Assembly (NCBI GenBank): GCA_040285825.1 | Contig: JAUPSS010000002.1 | Coordinates: forward strand, 1,860,001 to 1,924,000 | Source: Eukaryota sp. TZLM1-RC | Lineage: Eukaryota > Protista > Metamonada: BaSk clade | DNA: 64,000 nt | Reading direction: 5' to 3' | In this document: one piece after another, positions 57,124-64,000 of the stretch | How the letters are laid out: every line of letters starts with the position of its first letter | How positions within the stretch are numbered: position 1 is the first letter of the stretch | Position numbers and translations under genes: made by a program | Notes under the pieces: model-generated | What the model was told of the DNA's origin: nothing | Database searches by the model: none | The model's input: only the letters and a program-made list of their open reading frames with translations

Positions 57124-57588
57124 ATGACCTGTGATTTTTGGACCATTTCTGGACTTGTAGTTCACGGTTTTGGACGAGGTAGAAATCTTTTAGGCTTTCC
57201 AACAGCCAATCTTGAACTCGATGAGGCTTCCCTGTCCTGTTCATCCTCAATATCACCTGGTATTTATTCTGGAATTGTTACATTATCAAATTCTACGGAG
57301 TGGTATCCCATATCTCTATCAGTGGGCAATAATCCATCTTTTGACGATGTCAAACATTCCAAGATCTTCGAAGGCTACATACATCATCATTTTGAGAAGG
57401 ATTTTTATGGATCCACTCTAACCGTGTTAATCACTGAATACCTAGCTCCCCAACAACCTTTTAGTTCCCTAGATGAGTTGAAGGCTTACATCACCCAGAT
57501 GGTCAAGCGTACAGACACTTTGGTATCAACCGAAGGGTCACAATTATATCAGCTGCTCAAAGACAAGAATGGCTTAAGAAAAGAATGA
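57124..57588 (+). CDS. RFK: Riboflavin kinase
   Basis: GLVVHGFGRG..LGFPTANL, SVGNNPSF, EGYIHH.F..DFYG. Confidence 0.95.
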   Translation: MTCDFWTISGLVVHGFGRGRNLLGFPTANLELDEASLSCSSSISPGIYSGIVTLSNSTEWYPISLSVGNNPSFDDVKHSKIFEGYIHHHFEKDFYGSTLTVLITEYLAPQQPFSSLDELKAYITQMVKRTDTLVSTEGSQLYQLLKDKNGLRKE

Positions 57589-57846
57589 TTTGTTCTTATA
57601 TAGACGTATTTGTACGTCTTTTTGATCAACTGTCCTTTGTATATTAAATGTTTCAAAATTGGTTTAATTAATTTTTTCGTTAATTTCGATTTATTTCAAT
57701 AAACTAAACAACAAACGTCAAACTCTATATCTTCATATCCCAAATCAGCCAAAAAAATTGATTGGAAGTTGAAAAATTAGTGATTAAGGAAATTTAATGA
57801 AACAAAAGGAACTATTTTATCATAATCCTTACCCTTCAAGTCACAA

Positions 57847-60800
57847 ATGAATCCCAATGAAACCATCATCAAAGAAGGATGGCTTCAAAAACCTAAACGA
57901 AAGACTCTATCTTCAGGTTGGAAGCTCCGTTACTTCAAGCTAACTAGCGAAACTCTTTACTATGGGCATTCCATTGATGATCCAGACTTCAAATACATCT
58001 TTCTCAAGGAAGCCAAGGTTGAACTCTCCCCTGCCGATATCCCCAGGAAGAAAATACCTCAAAACTCTGTTCTTTTTCAGATTACGCGACCCTATGATGA
58101 CATTGTTTATCTAGCTGCACAAGCTAAGAACCATGGAGCTTCCATGGACCTCGCCTTGGATTGGATAGATGCCATCAACCATCGCCATTCCTCCACTGCG
58201 GTAAGACCACCTGGTTCTCCCTTTCCCATTTCCACCTTACTCAAACTCTCAAACACTCTTGCTGAGAACCGCTTAGACCTGACTCATTCTCCTTTTAAAC
58301 CCAAACCAAAAGTTCTGGAAGAAGTAGCAGTTGATCCAATTGAGGAGGTGTTTACTGAGTCTGACCCCACTCAATCACAACTGATTGATTGGAATTCTGA
58401 ATGGCAGCAGTTATTATCTATTCAACCTCCCCCTTTCATTCCGCATTTTAAACCCCCTGCTGACGTCACTGATTGGGAAACCAGTGTCGATGATTGGAGG
58501 AAAACAGTTAAGAACACTTGGGATGAGTATGTTGACCAGATCAAGACACAACTTCTTGGAATCTACAACCTTTTGGGAAAGTTTTCAGCTGCTTGTACCT
58601 CCTCCGTCACCCAAATAGTAAAGGAGTACCCCTTAATGCTGGCAGACAGGACTATTTTCCCACACAAGTTGAGTAACAGTCTAAGTGGACAATTAGCGGA
58701 AGATCCTGAGCTAGAGGTTTACAAAAAAGCTTTGGAAATGGAAAAGAAATCCAAAAAGAAATTGGGTGGTTATTACTCTTCTTTTGCAGAAGGAAATTCT
58801 GCTTCTGATTTAACCAAAGCTCAAAGTTTTGAAAGTCGAAAGTATTGCAATCAAGGAATTATTTTTGAATTTTGCACCAGTGAACAGGTTGATGACGACG
58901 TGGACAATCAAAATGATTTCTATGATTATGACCCTTTTTATTCAGCCTCAGTTGAAGTCAAGGAAAATCAAGAAGAAGATTTACTTTCTGAACTTATGGG
59001 TCTATCAGAGCTTTCTAATGTTGGAGTTGTGGCTAGTTGTTTCATCTTGTTATCTTTAAAGCGATATGAAGAACGAATCCAGCGATTTTTTGACATTATT
59101 AATGCTAATGTTTACCCCGATCCCAGTGATGACGTGGATTTCTTTAATAGTCAAGATGCTGACGTGATATTTATGGACTGGGTTATTAAAGTCCCACTTA
59201 CTACTTTAGTCACCTTTAGAGGTTTTAAAATTCTGTGCAGGGCTCAATGTAATGTTGAAAATGATAAAATTTTCGGCATGTCAACTGTTGATGGCGAGCA
59301 ATCGTTTGTGGTCAAGGATCACTGGGAGAATAATCAAGAATTACGTGAGCAAATCAAGAATATAGCTGACTTTTTAGGTCTCCAAAACCACCAATCAATC
59401 ATTTCTGATCGCCAGTTTTCTACCCCCCTAAGTGCGGAAATTGATGTTTACAAGAGCGCTAAATCAGACTGTTTTTATTTTACTGAATTGTCAAGGCTAT
59501 TTCCCGTTGATGTCACTAGCTCTAATGGGGATCGTTTGTCAGGACTTTTGTTGACTGGGGACAGGTCAATAATCAAGAATTTTGGTCCTTTTAATTCCGA
59601 TGCTTTTCTCGATTTGAACCCCTCATTTGATGTTAATAAAAGGGATCAGGAAAGGATCATGACATTGTCGCATCATATTGATTCTGAAATTTTCCCCTCA
59701 TTTTTATCTAGAATTGATAATTATGAATTTAAGATTTTTGCTCCTTTTCATTTAGGTTATTTGCTTACACATTTTGGTTTCTCTTTGCATTATTTAGGTA
59801 GAATATTTAAGGAAACTAAACTACCTTTCATTAAGAAACTCGCCTTATCAGAAATGATTGCGACTGTCATTACCAGTCAGTTACACGTGGCTCTCCGTCA
59901 TTGCCAACGAGAGTGGAGAATGACCTCCCATTCTAACATTACTGTTAATAATACCCCAGCTCAGGAATCTTTTGGCAATCCATTTGAGGAAGGTGGTCTT
60001 GGTCAGTCAAATGATTATGACCCTCTAGGTGGAGGATTCTTTATGACTTCTTTAGCAGATGTTTCACTTGAAGAAAAACTTACTCATTTCGATAGTGAAA
60101 TTTCTGATAATATTGTTGATTTTTTCAACTTGATCTTTGGTAGTGGCTCCGAAACTACCGAAGCTTGGAACACCTTAATTATTCCCAGTGTCTCCAAGGA
60201 ATTTAATTGTTCATTTAATTTAAAAGATGTAGTTTTTACTAATGTTTTCCTTCGGACTTGTGATTTAACTGGGGTTGTTTTTTCAGATTCATTTGATTTT
60301 AAATTTAATAATTCTTCTTTCCAAAACCCTCTCAGTAAAGATGATTTGATTGAAATTAAACCAGTAGTTCAAAGTCCTGTTCTTTTTGGTCTTCCCATCT
60401 TTTCTGATCTAACTAAACTGGACTCTTTTCTGCTGGATCATTACCCCAACCGAACTGTTAACTACTTTGCCCTAGAAAATTCCATCACAAGCCCTACACA
60501 GTTAGAAGTAATTCAAAATCATTTCACCTTAGAAAAGCTTCTATTTGGGCTGAGAAGACCCCTATCCGTTCTTTATCTCTCTCTTATTTCCAATTTGTAT
60601 TTAAATTCTCAAGATTTCAATTACTCAAACCTTTATTTAGAATCAGCACTTGCTATTTGTAGAAGAACAAGACCAGAAATGATTCGAGTCTGTTCGATTG
60701 GAGCAAGGGTGAAGGCTTTGGAGATCACTGCTAATCAATCAAAAAGCCAATCAGATTCTAATTGTTCACGTGATTTAATATCACATTTAGATACCTGTAG

Positions 60801-61713
60801 AAAGATCTCTAGTCACTGTTATGGTGAAGATCAAAATCTAATGATTGAAGCTCTTTATAATGTTTCACGTGCATTTTTAACCCTTGGCCAATCACATCAC
60901 GTCAACTCTTTTCTTTCTCAGGCGGTCAAGCTTTGTCAACGTCTTTTTGGCCATGTTCATCCAATTACTGCTAATTACTTGAATTTGTTAGGATTAGATT
61001 TATTTAATAGTGGCAACTATGATGGCGCTTTAAAGAGTTTTGAAACCTCACTTGATGTTTTTTCCTCTCTTTCACATAATTCTGTTTGTTTCTCTTTATT
61101 GTATATAGCAAAAACCCTGAATCAACGAGGGGATTTCGCTGGTGCTTTGCGTAATTTAGAAGCTTGTTTATCCAAGCTCAGTGAATTATTACCAAATACT
61201 AACTTTACTGTGATTTCTGCTCTTAAATTGGAAGCTGAAACGCTCGCTAATAGTGGTAAATACTTGCACGCAGTTCATAAATACGATAAACTAATTGAAA
61301 TTTTAAAAGGGAATTTTGGTGATGATGACGTGATTGTGATTGATGACGTGGATTATGAGCTTCTCGACTTGCTCAGGACTTTGACAACTTTGGCAGTGAA
61401 ATGTTATTTTAAATCTCTTTCTAGGAAACGATCCTTGATTCTTAATGAAGCTGTTGTTTCTTTAAATAATGACAGTGCATTTTCTGATGATAAGCTTGGG
61501 GAAGTTATAGTTTCTCTTTATTCTTCTAAAGTATACGATTTGCTGAATGATTTATTTGAATCAATAGATTTGGGATATTCTGATGAAATGGAAAGATTGA
61601 AAATTATAACAAAATTAGTTCAGGATGATGACATTAATGTCGAGGAAACTTGTATTTTAGAACCGCCACCAATCGAAGAAGATAACTTTGAAAATTTCTA
61701 TTTTGATTATTAA
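57847..61713 (+). CDS. PH domain + CLU (clueless/TIF31-like) + TPR protein, 1288 aa
   Basis: IKEGWLQK..WKLRYF PH domain; PLTTLVTFRGFKI, LSRLFP, LGRI, EMIA CLU motifs; kinesin-light-chain-type TPRs (FGHVHPITA). Confidence 0.8.
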   Translation: MNPNETIIKEGWLQKPKRKTLSSGWKLRYFKLTSETLYYGHSIDDPDFKYIFLKEAKVELSPADIPRKKIPQNSVLFQITRPYDDIVYLAAQAKNHGASMDLALDWIDAINHRHSSTAVRPPGSPFPISTLLKLSNTLAENRLDLTHSPFKPKPKVLEEVAVDPIEEVFTESDPTQSQLIDWNSEWQQLLSIQPPPFIPHFKPPADVTDWETSVDDWRKTVKNTWDEYVDQIKTQLLGIYNLLGKFSAACTSSVTQIVKEYPLMLADRTIFPHKLSNSLSGQLAEDPELEVYKKALEMEKKSKKKLGGYYSSFAEGNSASDLTKAQSFESRKYCNQGIIFEFCTSEQVDDDVDNQNDFYDYDPFYSASVEVKENQEEDLLSELMGLSELSNVGVVASCFILLSLKRYEERIQRFFDIINANVYPDPSDDVDFFNSQDADVIFMDWVIKVPLTTLVTFRGFKILCRAQCNVENDKIFGMSTVDGEQSFVVKDHWENNQELREQIKNIADFLGLQNHQSIISDRQFSTPLSAEIDVYKSAKSDCFYFTELSRLFPVDVTSSNGDRLSGLLLTGDRSIIKNFGPFNSDAFLDLNPSFDVNKRDQERIMTLSHHIDSEIFPSFLSRIDNYEFKIFAPFHLGYLLTHFGFSLHYLGRIFKETKLPFIKKLALSEMIATVITSQLHVALRHCQREWRMTSHSNITVNNTPAQESFGNPFEEGGLGQSNDYDPLGGGFFMTSLADVSLEEKLTHFDSEISDNIVDFFNLIFGSGSETTEAWNTLIIPSVSKEFNCSFNLKDVVFTNVFLRTCDLTGVVFSDSFDFKFNNSSFQNPLSKDDLIEIKPVVQSPVLFGLPIFSDLTKLDSFLLDHYPNRTVNYFALENSITSPTQLEVIQNHFTLEKLLFGLRRPLSVLYLSLISNLYLNSQDFNYSNLYLESALAICRRTRPEMIRVCSIGARVKALEITANQSKSQSDSNCSRDLISHLDTCRKISSHCYGEDQNLMIEALYNVSRAFLTLGQSHHVNSFLSQAVKLCQRLFGHVHPITANYLNLLGLDLFNSGNYDGALKSFETSLDVFSSLSHNSVCFSLLYIAKTLNQRGDFAGALRNLEACLSKLSELLPNTNFTVISALKLEAETLANSGKYLHAVHKYDKLIEILKGNFGDDDVIVIDDVDYELLDLLRTLTTLAVKCYFKSLSRKRSLILNEAVVSLNNDSAFSDDKLGEVIVSLYSSKVYDLLNDLFESIDLGYSDEMERLKIITKLVQDDDINVEETCILEPPPIEEDNFENFYFDY

Positions 61714-61880
61714 TTGTTCTTTTTGTCATCTTGTATAGTATTTTTTTGAATTATTAACTATTTTTTTGTATTATTAAATAATGTTAAATTTATTTTGATT
61801 TTTCAAATCCAAATACTTGTTGAATAAATAATAATGAAGAAATAAAAACAATGTTTAAACACTCAACTAAAACAAAAAAA

Positions 61881-62788
61881 CTAAGCCTTACCTCCAACTT
61901 TTTCCATCTCTTCGGCACGACTCTTCACTTCTTCAATTAAAGAAGAACAATACCTAGAAAGCTGGGAAAGAGCCACCAGAGAGGGTAGTTGTTGAGGTTC
62001 TGTGATAGCAGTACGTTTTCTCCCTTGATTAACCTTGGCTTCACGAAGCTTATTGGTATGTGAGACTTGGTATTTGTACTTCTTTACTTCACCAACGGCA
62101 GCATCAACAGAGTCTTGCGTACATTGGATAAGAGAGTGTAGGTTAGCGGCATTGACACTGTTTTGGGAAGGCACAGGCTTGGGATTGGTGATAGATTGGT
62201 TGATCAAAAACTTTGATAGCCAAACATTGATAAGGCCAGTATTGTGCACAATGACTGGAAGTTCTGTCCACATATCTTGGAAAGAAAGTTCAGTTTGTTT
62301 CAATCTAGGATAAGAGAACAGGAAGGTACATACTGAGAAGCCGTAAAAGTGTGATTACCATAATACTCAAAGAACTTGTCAGAGAGCTTGAATGCTTTGA
62401 GAATTATTTGTCCATTGACTGCAGAAGCTGGACAAGCAAGAAGGGTGATTCGGTTGTGCATATCCTTTTGATTTTGATATTGGCCTTCCAATGCGCCAAT
62501 ATCGAGAAAGGTACCAATAGAAGACCATCGAAAGCTCCCCACAGGAAAAACATCATGATTGGCTTCACGAAGAGCAGGAAGAATTCTTTCATAATAGTCT
62601 CGAACATCAGAAGAATGTTGAGACACTAGAGGATAACAATCAGTGACTTCAAGAACGGAATCATTCTCCATTCCTAATAACTGACCATTACAAAGATTGG
62701 ATATGGATTCAAGACCATATTTAAGAAGTTTAAGAACTACTTTACCATCTACGCGGACGGACTCGATCGGTGGAGATGAAGGATCCAT
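61881..62788 (-). CDS. EIF3H: eIF3 subunit H (MPN domain), two exons (intron 62305-62333)
   Basis: VRVDGKVVLKL, GQLLG, LEVTDCYP, LREANHD; a 29-nt GT..AG intron joins TASQ to LKQTEL. Confidence 0.82.
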
Positions 62789-63639
62789 TATCAGAAAAAA
62801 TGAAATAAATATCCTCATCAACATATAATACGTATTTATTGAATTTCCACACTTAATTCTTTAAAACATACAGTTGCTTGTTTCACAATATTTAAATCGA
62901 CATACATCATATGTGTTCACTAGTCATCTACTTCCTTGTAACACGGATAGGAGCAGTCCTTGAATGTTTTTGGTACCATATTGTTTGTATTTTGTAAACA
63001 ACTTCTGAACCATTTGCAACGAAATTGTGTAGAGTCACAACTTATACAAAATTTGTATTTGCTTAATGACGACTAATATTCCCTTAATGACGACTAATTT
63101 CCTTTAAATTGTTGAGTGTTGAATTTGAACATTCATTTGTGTTTCCTGCAATTCTGTTCGACTCAAAATTAATCTTGGAATTAAAAAATCTATTTTCCTG
63201 TTCTTGTATTAGGATTGCATAATGGATTCTGAACAAAGGTTGTGGATAAGAGCAGTTTTTCGATAGTTCAAATAAAATGGATAACAGTTAGTTTGCTTTA
63301 AAGACATAAAGCACAGGTGGAAAGTAAAAAACCAGCATCACAATGATCAATATTTCTTGAGAAATATACTAAAGGTTAGTTGTATACTTTTTTAAATTTT
63401 GATTCAGATTTGAATTTAATCAATTATCACGTACTAGTATTAATAACAAGGAGCAACTATCAAGATAGAGTAACAATGCATCTTGAATCTAAAACAACAA
63501 ACTGCAACACTATTCTTTCTTGGTTTCGTGGTAAAAATTGTCAAAATTTGATTTAGTCTTTTGTGTGGTAGAAGAGCTATCCTATTTGAAAGTTTGTTTA
63601 ACTTTGCTTTGAAGGTTTTGTTTGATACAGATCACCTAG

Positions 63640-64000
63640 TATGATCTACCGAATATCTGTCGAATACTGAAGAAAGTAATGAAAAACCTTTTGCAGATCA
63701 AAATTTGTTTTTCAGTCGTTGTTATTGGAAAAGGATGTTTGTGACAACAAGTCATCAGATTCTTCACTTTTTGTAACCATTGTACCACGAAGATTTGGAC
63801 TGTGTGCTACTAATGAAGCATTTGTAACAAAAATGAGATTATATTTGAATATCCCATTAATCAATTATTATCAAAAGAAAAATGTATTTGTTCGAATTCA
63901 CCTCAACTCACTTTGCGCCATGCTCTGAATTGCTCTAAATTGATAACTTATCGTTCTTCATTATATGATGCTGTTAGAGACACTGTTTTCAAAATGGCAC
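63640..64000 (+). mobile_element. L-b RLE non-LTR copy running off the window edge
   Basis: 63755-64000 is the reverse complement of about 6385-6630. Confidence 0.85.

Noticed and set aside
63060-63100. Short direct repeats (cttaatgacgactaat twice; gtttgcgaatgtaaa twice at about 35945 and 36040)
   Set aside because: Only two units each and no associated feature; likely local duplications.

Overview
AT-rich, gene-dense, intron-poor eukaryotic genomic DNA, most likely a protist. Two introns of only 29-31 nt can be reconstructed. About 20 host genes (F-box/LRR, Dymeclin-like, CatSper-type channel, SLC35F, ENT-domain, RING-H2, TPK1, NIF3, U1A/U2B'', Nudix, GyrI-like, riboflavin kinase, PH-CLU-TPR, eIF3h) are interspersed with dense, partly nested mobile DNA. 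The mobile DNA comprises many 5'-truncated RLE-type non-LTR retrotransposons, two internally deleted hAT elements with TIRs and 8-bp TSDs, a Ty3/gypsy relic, and about 8 degraded copies of three Fanzor (eukaryotic TnpB) families, here called A, B and C. The main observation is that Fanzor families A (38620-42505) and C (32265-35299) both carry a family-B-DNA-polymerase-type DEDD 3'-5' exonuclease domain directly upstream of the Fanzor. In family A this module is preceded by a perfect 2A ribosome-skip motif (DLTKDGDVETNPGP); in family C it is preceded by a Ulp1/C48-like protease. Families A and B each end in a conserved, structured non-coding 3' terminus (omegaRNA candidates of about 85 and about 250 nt) followed by copy-specific flanks. 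All Fanzor copies here carry frameshifts or stops, so the proteins are manual reconstructions across copies. No database search was run.
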